A stretch of DNA of 64,000 nucleotides from Candidatus Levyibacteriota bacterium (GTDB lineage Bacteria > Patescibacteriota > Microgenomatia > Levybacterales > UBA12049), in contig JACOXU010000001.1 in assembly GCA_016182185.1 (NCBI GenBank), positions 115,190 through 179,189 of the forward strand, given 5' to 3'. The position numbers and the translations under genes are program-made. The first letter of the stretch is position 1; every line of letters starts with the position of its first letter. Below are positions 52,247-61,178 of the stretch, one piece after another. Under the pieces are notes generated by a model that was not told the origin of the DNA, ran no database searches, and saw nothing but the letters and a program-made list of their open reading frames with translations.

Positions 52247-53539
52247 TTACGGGATAAATGATTTAATAAGATCAATTACTTTTGTAAGTACCTTATTTAC
52301 TCTTAAATTTGGGATCTGAGGAACTGATATGCCAAAGGGAAGATTCGCCTGCGATTCCAAAGTTGCACCATAACCGATAAGGCCTATTACGGTAGAAAAG
52401 GCAGGAGTCTGAACTTCATCAATAATTCCCTTCAAATTTGTCGACATTCCGATTCTGACAGGCATAGCAAGTGTTCTTTTGGCGCTCTCGGTAACCCCAA
52501 CTGTAAGAGCTCCACCGCCTGTTATAACGATCCCCGAGGGAGTCTGGCCGGCAAATCCACTTTTTTTCATTTCAAGTCCTATAAATGTGAAGATTTCATT
52601 AAGTCTTGGTCTTATAATCCCATCCACCAATGTCTTTTTTGACACTTTGCTGATATCTTCTGCCAGATGAAGAGATGAGAGATCGATTTCATCAGCATGT
52701 TTTGGAACAGTATCTTCTTTTTCCTCTTCCTCTGTTACCTTGGCAGGCTTAGGGGGGTTTGAAAGAAATAGTTTAATTTTCTCTGCAGACTCAAGAGAAA
52801 TTCTAAGACCGATGGCCAAATCATTGGTGATATGCCTTGCTCCGATTGATAAAACCGAAGAATAGGCAACAGAACCTTCGACGTAAATTGAAATATCAGT
52901 CGTTCCTGCTCCAATATCAACCAGAACCACTCCGAGTTCTTTCTCCGTATCCGACAGAACAGACAAGCTGCTTGCGTATCCTGAAAAAATAACTGCATCA
53001 ACATCAACCCCTACTTCTGACATGGCTTTTTCAAGGTTTCTGATTGCTGTAGTATTGGCAGAAACAATATGAGTATCTACTTCTAGCCTTATGCCGCTCA
53101 TGCCGATTGGGTCTTTAATACCCTCCTGCCCGTCTACAGTGTAATTTCTGGGAAGAACGTGGATAATTTCTCTGCTCGAAGGAAGTGAAACTGCTTTGGC
53201 GGCATCAATTACCCTGACTAGATCATTTTGGGTTATTTCTCCATCAGGCGTTGAAACAGCGACCACCCCTTTTGAGTTCATCGACTCAATATGCCCACCG
53301 CCTATTGAGGCGACGACATGCGAGGCCGAATAGCCCGCCATTCTTTCTGCCCCCTCCAAAGAACTATTTACAGAGGAAACTGCTTCTTCTATGTCTACGA
53401 TCTGTCCGCGTCTTATTCCATTTGCTCTTGTCTCTGAGACTCCGAGAATATTTATAGACTCGTCTACTTTAGCTATAACTGTCACGATCTTGGACGTTCC
53501 AATATCGATACCTACTACAATCTTCCCTTCATTTTTCAT
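52247..53539 (-). CDS. ftsA: cell division protein FtsA
   Basis: IDIGTSK, VDIGAGTT, ITGGG, C-terminal amphipathic helix. Confidence 0.97.
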   Translation of the reverse strand: MKNEGKIVVGIDIGTSKIVTVIAKVDESINILGVSETRANGIRRGQIVDIEEAVSSVNSSLEGAERMAGYSASHVVASIGGGHIESMNSKGVVAVSTPDGEITQNDLVRVIDAAKAVSLPSSREIIHVLPRNYTVDGQEGIKDPIGMSGIRLEVDTHIVSANTTAIRNLEKAMSEVGVDVDAVIFSGYASSLSVLSDTEKELGVVLVDIGAGTTDISIYVEGSVAYSSVLSIGARHITNDLAIGLRISLESAEKIKLFLSNPPKPAKVTEEEEKEDTVPKHADEIDLSSLHLAEDISKVSKKTLVDGIIRPRLNEIFTFIGLEMKKSGFAGQTPSGIVITGGGALTVGVTESAKRTLAMPVRIGMSTNLKGIIDEVQTPAFSTVIGLIGYGATLESQANLPFGISVPQIPNLRVNKVLTKVIDLIKSFIP

Positions 53540-53542
53540 AAA

Positions 53543-53941
53543 CTAAAAAGACAACACCGGTTTTTCAAACCTGAAGTCTAATTTTTTTAATCTTTTCCCC
53601 TCTATTGTAAGCCGTTTTAATATAAGTTGTAAAGAGCTGATTTGAATTTCAATATCCTTTGAAGATGAAATAATTACTTGTCCTCCATCTGAAAGATTAA
53701 CTAAATATGATGAATCTGAAGCAGTTTCTACAGAAGCGAAGGGAATTTGTTTTTTGGAAAGAGTTTCGGAAATTACTTGAGTCTTAGCAACACTTTTCTT
53801 ACCAAGAGGACTTATGACAACGGGCTTTTTAATAAAAGAAAGATAAAGTATGTAAAAAAAGGAAGTAATACTTATGAAAATTAAAACTGCAAATAATATT
53901 TTAAACAGTAAATATTTACCTTTATTTTTTCTTTTTTTCAT
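53543..53941 (-). CDS. minimal FtsQ/DivIB-like protein
   Basis: Basic N-terminus plus TM, C-terminal DFRF. Occupies the ftsQ position between murG and ftsA. Confidence 0.55.
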   Translation of the reverse strand: MKKRKNKGKYLLFKILFAVLIFISITSFFYILYLSFIKKPVVISPLGKKSVAKTQVISETLSKKQIPFASVETASDSSYLVNLSDGGQVIISSSKDIEIQISSLQLILKRLTIEGKRLKKLDFRFEKPVLSF

Positions 53942-55022
53942 CCCGTAAGACTTTTATTATCTCAGAAGCAGCATTTTTTTTAACAACTTTTTTGTATTCT
54001 GAATCTTTTATCTTATAATTATTTATATTCTCTTTAATTTCCCCAAGAACATGAAGGAGTCTTCGAGGGCTCGCCTCTTCTTGATTCAAAACTTCACCCA
54101 GCCCTAATTTTTTCAAAAATAATGCATTTTTATTCTGCTCATCCTTTTGAGAAAATGGTATCGGAATAAGAATTGCAGGCTTTTTAAGATATATAAGCTC
54201 CGTAACTGTATTTATGCCTGCTCTTGAGACAATAATCTGAGCTTCTTGATAGATTTTTATTAATTCATGATCGTCTGCAATGAATTTTTTAATTTCATAA
54301 TTCATTTGTAGATTTTTATCCAGCTTTTCCTTTAATGCGCTCAATCTCTCAAAATCATTAAATTCTTTTGCATCCCCTGCCTGATGGATAATTCTGAAGT
54401 TTTTCAAAAGCATGCTAATACAGTCTTCAATTAGAGTATTTATAAAATGAGAGCCTGAGCTTCCTCCGGTTATATAAACAAGCGGTAATTCGTTCTTTAC
54501 CAATGGGGAATTTGAAAATATTTTTCTCACAGGATTCCCGGTGAGTATTGTTTTCTCTTTTGGAAAAAACTTGCGCGATGCTTCCCAGGAAATGCAGATT
54601 TTTTTTGCAATAAAAGAACAGATTTTATTGGCAAGGCCTGCTTCAAGTGTCTGTTCATGAATAACAACCGGAATATTTAGGAAAGAAGAAGCAAAAACAA
54701 TGGGAATTTGTAAATATCCGCCGAAGCCTAGAATAATATCTGGTTTAAATTTATGAAGAACCATAAATGCACTAATAAAACCCGGAACTAGTTTAAAAAG
54801 CGAAGGAATTGTGTGTTTTGTAAATTTTCTTTGAAATCTTCCCGTTGAGAGCAAAGCAAACGGAATATTTAATTCTTTCATCATTTTATACTCCAAAGAT
54901 TCAGCAGGATCTGCTTCGAATGTCTTTTTTCTGCCTATAAATAAAATTTCGTTTTTTCCTTTAAGCTCTTCAACTACGGATAGAGCGGGTGATAAATGTC
55001 CGCCGATTATGATTATTCTCAT
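53922..55022 (-). CDS. murG: undecaprenyl-PP-MurNAc-pentapeptide GlcNAc transferase
   Basis: GGHLSP, HEQ, TGNPVR, GGSSGS, SRAG, EQNKNA. Confidence 0.93.
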   Translation of the reverse strand: MRIIIIGGHLSPALSVVEELKGKNEILFIGRKKTFEADPAESLEYKMMKELNIPFALLSTGRFQRKFTKHTIPSLFKLVPGFISAFMVLHKFKPDIILGFGGYLQIPIVFASSFLNIPVVIHEQTLEAGLANKICSFIAKKICISWEASRKFFPKEKTILTGNPVRKIFSNSPLVKNELPLVYITGGSSGSHFINTLIEDCISMLLKNFRIIHQAGDAKEFNDFERLSALKEKLDKNLQMNYEIKKFIADDHELIKIYQEAQIIVSRAGINTVTELIYLKKPAILIPIPFSQKDEQNKNALFLKKLGLGEVLNQEEASPRRLLHVLGEIKENINNYKIKDSEYKKVVKKNAASEIIKVLRDEKKKK

Positions 55023-56092
55023 TTTTTAAGACCTTGTTTTGAGATATTAAGAAGTATCCCTACTGCGCAAAGATCTACAATAAGAGCTGATCCTCCATAA
55101 GAGATGAAGGGAAGCGGAATTCCCGTAAGAGGAAGAAGTGCAGTTTGAGCCCCGAGATTAATAATTGTCTGTATGCTCAAAAATGTAGTGATTCCTCCTG
55201 CCAGAAGCTTACCGAAATTATCACGGGCAGCCGTTGCAATAACAAACCCCCTCCAAATAATAACGGCAAAAACCATAATAACTACGACCGCCCCGACAAA
55301 ACCTAACTCCTCTGCGATGATGGCAAAGATCGAATCGGTAGTTATTTCAGGCAAGTAGGAATATTTTTGCAAAGAATTTCCTAGTCCTACTCCAAAAATT
55401 CCCCCTGATCCAAAAGCAATAAGTAACTGCCGGACGTGATATGATGTATCTTCAAGTGATTGATTAATATTGAAGAAAGCCTCAAGTCTTTTATATCTAT
55501 AAGGCGCGAGCTTGATCATGATAAAACCCACAATCGCAATTATAGGAGCAAGTCCTACGAAATAAATAATGTTCCCTCCCGAAAGAAAATAGACGACGAG
55601 TGCTTCAGCCAAAATGACAATTGCCGTTCCCATATCAGGCTCTGCTATAACCAGTCCGATAACTAATCCCAGAAGTAAAAGAAAGGCAAGAAATCTTCCC
55701 TTTTCTTTGGCTGATAACCATGAAGCAAGATAAATGGCAAGAGCAAGTTTGACAAATTCAGCCGGCTGAATAAGAAATATCTTAGCATCAATCCATCTTC
55801 GCGCGCCTAACAAATGCACGCCGATCCCGGGAACAAATACCAATATCAAAAGTAATATTGCAAAAAGAAGAATCGGCAAGGATAGATTGTAAAGTTTCTG
55901 ATAATTGAAAAAAGAAAATGCGCCCATCAGAAAGAACCCGACAATAATCCAAAAGAACTGACTCTTTAAATAATGATACTTATCCGCAAAATCCCTAAAA
56001 GCCACAAAAGACGAAGCATCGTAAATCATAAATAGCCCAAAGAAAGTTAAAAGAACTACGCAGATAAGAAGAATAAGGTCTATTCTTTTCAT
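55019..56092 (-). CDS. ftsW: SEDS peptidoglycan glycosyltransferase FtsW
   Basis: GARRW, QPAEFVK, EPDMGT, LPEITTDSIF, PFISYGGS; dcw context. Confidence 0.93.
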   Translation of the reverse strand: MKRIDLILLICVVLLTFFGLFMIYDASSFVAFRDFADKYHYLKSQFFWIIVGFFLMGAFSFFNYQKLYNLSLPILLFAILLLILVFVPGIGVHLLGARRWIDAKIFLIQPAEFVKLALAIYLASWLSAKEKGRFLAFLLLLGLVIGLVIAEPDMGTAIVILAEALVVYFLSGGNIIYFVGLAPIIAIVGFIMIKLAPYRYKRLEAFFNINQSLEDTSYHVRQLLIAFGSGGIFGVGLGNSLQKYSYLPEITTDSIFAIIAEELGFVGAVVVIMVFAVIIWRGFVIATAARDNFGKLLAGGITTFLSIQTIINLGAQTALLPLTGIPLPFISYGGSALIVDLCAVGILLNISKQGLKK

Positions 56093-57102
56093 CTAATATA
56101 GGCAATGTAAAGTCCAAGAATTGCAAAGAAGAAGCCAAGAAGCCATGCTCTCATGACAATCTTCGGCTCATCCCAGCCCAACTTCTGAAGATATAAATGA
56201 AGCGGCGCGCAGGGAATTATTTTTCTCCCCAAAATTCTTTTACTTAAAATTTGAATAAGTGATGAGCCCACCTCAAGAACAAAAACTCCACCGATAAATG
56301 CAAGTGCAATTATTTTGCCGGTCAAAAGTCCGACCACCGCCAGAATTGCGCCAAGCGACAATGAACCAACGTCTCCCAGCCAAATTCTTGCCTTATAGAT
56401 ATTAAAGTAGAGAAAGGCAGAAACACTTCCCATAAGAATTGCAATAAATATTTTAAGAGTTTCGTCTAATTGTTCGGCTGAAATAGCCAGAAAGGCTCCT
56501 AGGCAAATTAGAAGAAGTCCGGGCGCCAAACCGTCAAGTCCGTCGGCAATATTAAAGGCATTGGTAAATGAGACGATAACAAAAGCAGCAAGCGGAATAA
56601 AAAGAAAACCGATATTGGCCAGTCCAAAACCTCTTATAAAAATAAAGTCATACCCCAGTTGAGTATAAAGGATCGAAGCAATAATCAAAGCCAGAATCCA
56701 CTGAATTAAAAATTTATATCTGAATCTCAAACCGAAAAATGCGGATTTCTTGCCATTGTCTATAAGTTTCTTAAAATCATCATAAAGTCCCAAAAATCCG
56801 AAACTTATGAAAGTAAATAATATCGCGAAAAGTTCCCAAGGCTTGATCTCAATATTTAGCATTCCATAAGCCCAGAGCGCAAGAATTGAAACAACAACGA
56901 TAATAAGAATTCCTCCGCCAAACGGCGTACCCTCTTTCCAGCCATGAAATCTGTCGAAAGTTTTTGTGGGTCTGTCAAACATATCAACAGTTTTTTGCTT
57001 CTGACGCCTGACTTTCATCTTATAAAGAAAGTCTATGAAGGGAATAAGAAGAACGAAGGTAATAAACAAAGAAAGGAGCATAAGCCCCAGTATTTGCGCC
57101 AT
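56089..57102 (-). CDS. mraY: phospho-N-acetylmuramoyl-pentapeptide transferase
   Basis: KEGTPFGGG, YDD, NIADGLDGL, LGDVGS, APLH. Confidence 0.95.
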   Translation of the reverse strand: MAQILGLMLLSLFITFVLLIPFIDFLYKMKVRRQKQKTVDMFDRPTKTFDRFHGWKEGTPFGGGILIIVVVSILALWAYGMLNIEIKPWELFAILFTFISFGFLGLYDDFKKLIDNGKKSAFFGLRFRYKFLIQWILALIIASILYTQLGYDFIFIRGFGLANIGFLFIPLAAFVIVSFTNAFNIADGLDGLAPGLLLICLGAFLAISAEQLDETLKIFIAILMGSVSAFLYFNIYKARIWLGDVGSLSLGAILAVVGLLTGKIIALAFIGGVFVLEVGSSLIQILSKRILGRKIIPCAPLHLYLQKLGWDEPKIVMRAWLLGFFFAILGLYIAYIR

Positions 57103-57224
57103 AAATCACATTATACTCTCATGGGATTTCTAATTCAAATTACTTGACTTATATTTCTAATAAACCAGGCTACAATTCCAAATCACGATATCTTTAATTA
57201 TTAGTTTTATCCACTTTACATCAG

Positions 57225-57255
57225 TTGACAGAAAACCATTTGCATTGTTTATAAT
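57225..57255 (+). promoter_or_regulatory. putative promoter of the TasA-like/SipW operon
   Basis: TTGACA-19 nt-TATAAT: perfect hexamers with a long spacer. Confidence 0.5.
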
Positions 57256-57262
57256 AGTTTTG

Positions 57263-57423
57263 CTTTTGTCGGCAATCTACGTGAGACAAAAGGACTCTTT
57301 GTGAACTGCCCACTCAAAGAGCTTAATTTTTCAAATTATTATGAAATGCCTGCCCGGAAATTATTATTTTATTTTTGAAATCAACTCAAAACCAGCTTGT
57401 TAAAACAGGATGGTTTTTATTTT
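57263..57423 (+). promoter_or_regulatory. structured 5' leader, candidate attenuator or riboswitch
   Basis: Hairpins at 57263-57292 and 57295-57321 with complementary loops (GGCA/TGCC). Terminator-like stem at 57388-57417 with a U-rich tail just before the SD. Confidence 0.5.
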
Positions 57424-57443
57424 GTGACGAAAGGGGGTGAAAA

Positions 57444-58025
57444 ATGATAAATAAAAAAATTGCCTTAAGTTTACTTTCAATAGTTTCTGCGTTGGCGATT
57501 GTCGGCGGCGCCACCTTCGCATACTTCAGCGATACAGCCAATAGCACTAATAACACATTTACTGCTGGAACACTGGATGTAGAAATTACTGATCAAAATG
57601 CTGACACACCGTTTCAATCCGAGACAATTATCAGTAATTGGGCGCCGAGCAATCAGACTTTTGTCAATTTTGACGTAAAAAATTTCGGATCACTCCCGGT
57701 TAATTTAAGAGGTTTTGCAACAGGGACATGGGGTGATTCCGGTTTGGATTCTCAAAACATGGTCAAAGTTGTTCAGGTAGAAAGATGGGACGGTTCAAAC
57801 TGGGTCAATATACAGTCTAACCCATCCGGGATTACCGGTTACTTTTATTGGTCCCCTGACGGAACAAACAGCGCTTTGTATACACTTAATGCGGGAGACA
57901 GGGCTCAATTAAGATTAACAGTGGAGTTTGACGCGGGGGCTGGTAATGATTTTCAAGGCCAGACATTTACAGCATCTCTGCAAGCCGAAGCAAAACAGAC
58001 TAATGATACGGTTTCTTGGCCGTAA
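57444..58025 (+). CDS. TasA/CalY-like fibre protein with a SipW-cognate signal peptide
   Basis: GGATFA-YFSD...NTFTAGTLD; NWAP...VKN-GS; AGNDFQG...A-Q. SD AAAGGGGGTGA. Confidence 0.85.
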   Translation: MINKKIALSLLSIVSALAIVGGATFAYFSDTANSTNNTFTAGTLDVEITDQNADTPFQSETIISNWAPSNQTFVNFDVKNFGSLPVNLRGFATGTWGDSGLDSQNMVKVVQVERWDGSNWVNIQSNPSGITGYFYWSPDGTNSALYTLNAGDRAQLRLTVEFDAGAGNDFQGQTFTASLQAEAKQTNDTVSWP

Positions 58026-58044
58026 ACTAAGTCAAAATAGTTCT

Positions 58045-58083
58045 CGAACTGGTAGTGGGAGCTATTATCTCACTACCAGTTCG
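58045..58083 (+). other. 16-bp intergenic hairpin between the TasA-like gene and sipW
   Basis: CGAACTGGTAGTGGGA-gctatta-TCTCACTACCAGTTCG (one G-U pair); no U-tract. Confidence 0.75.
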
Positions 58084-58115
58084 GACGAAAATTGTTTAAT
58101 AAATTTTTTACAACT

Positions 58116-58655
58116 ATGAAAATAGTTAAAAAAACGGTAAACGTTATACTTACTCTTGGAGTTTTTGCGCTTATACCTGCTATTGTCTTTACGCTTGTAA
58201 CCTCAAAGACAAATGCAATTTTGGGCATTCAATCGTTTGTAGTTCTTTCAGGCAGTATGGAACCCACAATTCCTGTCGGAAGCATTATTTATACTCAAAA
58301 ACAATTATGGTATCCGCAAGGTTCATCCATATCGTTTAAAAATGGCAATAGAACTATTACCCATCGCGTAACTAAAGTAACGAATCGCGCAAACACTTTG
58401 TATTATCAAACAAAGGGTGATGCCAATAATACTGTTGATGAAAAAGAGGTAATTGCAAAAGACATTTTTGGCAAACAAGTTTTTTTCTTGCCATATGCAG
58501 GGTATTTGATCAATTTTCTTAAAACTCCCCTGGGGTTTTTCCCGATAATAATTTTCCCCACAGTAATATTTATAGTTTTGGAACTTTGGAATTTGAAAAA
58601 GGAAATAGAGAAACAAATCGAAAAGAAAATATTAAATAGAATGAATACAACATGA
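58116..58655 (+). CDS. sipW: SipW-type (ER-type, Ser-His) signal peptidase
   Basis: VLSGSMEP, ITHRV, TKGDAN, N- and C-terminal TMs; flanked by SipW-class substrates. Confidence 0.9.
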   Translation: MKIVKKTVNVILTLGVFALIPAIVFTLVTSKTNAILGIQSFVVLSGSMEPTIPVGSIIYTQKQLWYPQGSSISFKNGNRTITHRVTKVTNRANTLYYQTKGDANNTVDEKEVIAKDIFGKQVFFLPYAGYLINFLKTPLGFFPIIIFPTVIFIVLELWNLKKEIEKQIEKKILNRMNTT

Positions 58656-59353
58656 AAAAAATTATATTTTTGGGATTACTAACTCTTATGGGAATTGGTT
58701 TTCTTTCCTATAAAACTACTATGTCACTATTTAGCAATACGGGACAATCTACCAACAACACATTCACCGCCTCGGAACTCTTCCCTACTGCAACTCCTTC
58801 CGCCTCCCCCACTCCAGTACCAGTTAATCCTGGAGATATTGTTATTAACGAAATTAACTGGGTTGGTAGTGATTTGACAGGACAAACTGGACAAGATGAT
58901 GAATGGCTTGAATTAAGAAATACCACTTCGAATTCAATTAATCTTGCAGGATGGAAAATTACAGGAGCTGTAATTGGAGATGGAGATTTAAATATCTCTT
59001 CAGGAATTATTCCAGCAAATGGGTTTTTCCTAATCTCAAATTTTAATGAAACAACATCTAGAATTAATATTGCACCAGATCTAGTCACAACGGCTATCCA
59101 GCTAGATAATGCGAATGCTCAATATATATTGAAGGATAGTGGAAACAATATAATTGATACTGCTGATGATGACTCTGGTGTAGCTCTCGCCGGAACAAAT
59201 GGACCGCCAAAAAGATCGATGGAAAGAAAAACTCCTGCAGGCGATGGAACACAAGGTGCTAATTGGCAAAACTCAAACGCACATACAAATATGGATGGGA
59301 GTGGTTCAACTGATGAGTTTGGAACTCCTAAAGATGTAAATAGTTCACCGTAA
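58652..59353 (+). CDS. SipW-class secreted protein with a lamin-tail domain (LTD)
   Basis: TTMS-LFSN...NNTFTA, a PT-rich linker, IVINEI...DEWLELRN...LAGWKI. Confidence 0.8.
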   Translation: MKKIIFLGLLTLMGIGFLSYKTTMSLFSNTGQSTNNTFTASELFPTATPSASPTPVPVNPGDIVINEINWVGSDLTGQTGQDDEWLELRNTTSNSINLAGWKITGAVIGDGDLNISSGIIPANGFFLISNFNETTSRINIAPDLVTTAIQLDNANAQYILKDSGNNIIDTADDDSGVALAGTNGPPKRSMERKTPAGDGTQGANWQNSNAHTNMDGSGSTDEFGTPKDVNSSP

Positions 59354-59354
59354 T

Positions 59355-60392
59355 ATGAAAAAGAGGATTTTAACTTTATTATCTTTACTTTTAATAGCGG
59401 GTTTACTAATTCAAAATAACGGATTTGGTTTATTTGATAAAAAAACTGCTTATGCGGTTGGAGACCTCACGGTTGACTGGGGAATGGGGACAGGAAATGT
59501 CGGTCCGATATTTAGCATTCCAAATTTCGCACCTGGCGGAACCGAATCAAGGGATGTAGATGTTTCAAATGGCGCGACAAGTTTACGTTCTGTTGGTATT
59601 CGGGGAATTGAGACATCTCAGATTGGAACAATTTCAAGTGTTTTAGATATTGTGATTTCAGAAGTAGGAACCGATCTTTACGGAGGGACGAGTCCGGGAG
59701 GCCCTAAGACTTTGGCTCAATTTCTTACTGAATCAGCAGGACCAAACGGCATTCCTCTTTCTAATTTAGCACCGGGGAATTCAACAACTTACACATTTAA
59801 AGTAACTTTTAACCAGGATGCGGGAAATGAGTTTCAAAACACTCAAGTTGTTTTTGATCTTAAAATCGGTATCTCTATCGATCTTCCCTCATCCTGTGAT
59901 CAAATAAATCTCTTGCCAACTCCAATTATCGGAACATCCAAAGCGGAAACGCTGACCGGAACACCCGGTAATGATTTAATAATGGGGCTTGAAGGCGCAG
60001 ATAGAATTAATGGCAACGGTGGCGATGACTGTATTCTGGGTGGAAATGGTGCCGACAGCATAAATGGCAATAACGGTAATGATGTAATTTTCGGCGAAGA
60101 TGGAGCAGATTCTATAAATGGGAATAATGGCAATGATTTGCTGGTGGGCGGAAATGGAGCTGACACTCTTCGCGGCGAGAATGGCGAAGATCATTTAATA
60201 GGAAATGAAAGCGCGGATACTCTTGATGGCGGGAATAACAATGATCTTCTCGAAGGCGGTAACGCAGCAGATAGTATGCGAGGCGGAAACGGAGACGACA
60301 CGCTAATAGGTGGCACGGGGATTGATTCTGCAAATGGAAACGCTGGAACTGACACTTGCATTGCAGAATATGAAATAAGCTGTGAATTATAG
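59355..60392 (+). CDS. secreted TasA-like domain plus RTX (hemolysin-type Ca-binding) repeat protein
   Basis: Signal ending TAYA; NFAPG...VSNG...AGNEFQ resembles the 57444 protein; many GGxGxDxL/I nonapeptides. Confidence 0.8.
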   Translation: MKKRILTLLSLLLIAGLLIQNNGFGLFDKKTAYAVGDLTVDWGMGTGNVGPIFSIPNFAPGGTESRDVDVSNGATSLRSVGIRGIETSQIGTISSVLDIVISEVGTDLYGGTSPGGPKTLAQFLTESAGPNGIPLSNLAPGNSTTYTFKVTFNQDAGNEFQNTQVVFDLKIGISIDLPSSCDQINLLPTPIIGTSKAETLTGTPGNDLIMGLEGADRINGNGGDDCILGGNGADSINGNNGNDVIFGEDGADSINGNNGNDLLVGGNGADTLRGENGEDHLIGNESADTLDGGNNNDLLEGGNAADSMRGGNGDDTLIGGTGIDSANGNAGTDTCIAEYEISCEL

Positions 60393-60400
60393 ACGCGAAG

Positions 60401-60426
60401 CCCTCCTTCGCTAAAGCTATGGAGGG
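60401..60426. repeat. 26-nt REP-like palindromic element
   Basis: CCCTCC-TTC-GCT-AA-AGC-TAT-GGAGGG; covaries with 36356-36381. Confidence 0.65.
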
Positions 60427-60444
60427 TGAGAGGAGGTGAATGAA

Positions 60445-61053
60445 ATGAATATAAAAACAAAAATTGCAGGAGCGATAGCAACCGGAACAATTCTGGCAAC
60501 AGTGTTGACATCCGGAGCATTTGCTGCAACCAACACTGTAAATGTAAAAAATAATGGTGTTGGATCAACGAATACGGTTGTAGCGGTTAACAAACAAAAA
60601 ACAAAGGTTAGACAGACCAATTTAACAGGTGTTCTTAATCTAACCGGAGTACACCAGGATACCGGTGGAAATAGTGCCAATGGCAATACTGGAGGAGGTA
60701 CCAAAGATGTTGACTCAGGAAATGCAACATCGACCGTTACCAATACGACAACAACCGGCGGAAATACTGCAACAGTTGATCCATGTGAATGCGACGGGAC
60801 AAATGATATAACAATTCAAGGGAACGGAGTAGGATCACATAACACAGTTATTGCAGTGAACAAGAGCAAAACTAAAGTCTCACAGTTCAATGGAACATTG
60901 GTTGTAAATGGCACATATGTTTCCCAAAACACAGGCGGGAATACTGCCAATGGCAATACCGGATCAGGAAATGTCACGGTTGATTCAGGTAATGCTAACT
61001 CTACTGTTACCAATACCACAACAACCGGTGGAAATACCTTAAATCTTCCGTAA
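60445..61053 (+). CDS. secreted Asn/Gly/Thr-rich two-repeat protein (candidate fibre or amyloid subunit)
   Basis: Signal ending AFA; two ~88-aa repeats joined by PCEC; SD AGGAGGTG 6 nt before ATG 60445. Confidence 0.75.
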   Translation: MNIKTKIAGAIATGTILATVLTSGAFAATNTVNVKNNGVGSTNTVVAVNKQKTKVRQTNLTGVLNLTGVHQDTGGNSANGNTGGGTKDVDSGNATSTVTNTTTTGGNTATVDPCECDGTNDITIQGNGVGSHNTVIAVNKSKTKVSQFNGTLVVNGTYVSQNTGGNTANGNTGSGNVTVDSGNANSTVTNTTTTGGNTLNLP

Positions 61054-61085
61054 TAAGATTTAAGATTAATTGATTGTTGTAAATT

Positions 61086-61120
61086 AGAGCCCCTTGCCAA
61101 AAGCGAGGGGTTCTTTTTTT
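61086..61120 (+). terminator. intrinsic terminator of the TasA-like operon
   Basis: GAGCCCCTTGC-caaaa-GCGAGGGGTTC followed by a T7 run. Confidence 0.85.
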
Positions 61121-61149
61121 GAATATTAAATCGGTTCTGCGAAGACGAT

Positions 61150-61178
61150 CCATTCAGCAAGCTCAGGATGGTTTTTTT
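61150..61178 (+). other. second hairpin with an AA-loop inner stem and T-tract (related to the REP-like element, or a backup terminator)
   Basis: CCATTC-AGC-AA-GCT-CA-GGATGG then TTTTTTT. Confidence 0.45.

Noticed and set aside
57263-57321. Canonical c-di-GMP-I (GEMM) riboswitch, suggested by GGCAA...CTGCC
   Set aside because: Too short, and it lacks the GNRA-capped P2, the GACGCAAAG junction and the tetraloop receptor. Kept only as an unknown structured leader.
59900-60392. RTX toxin or type I secretion substrate; also a CRISPR-like periodic DNA pattern
   Set aside because: The protein has a Sec signal, no toxin domain and no T1SS genes nearby. The 27-nt periodicity is coding nonapeptide repeats, not repeat-spacer units.
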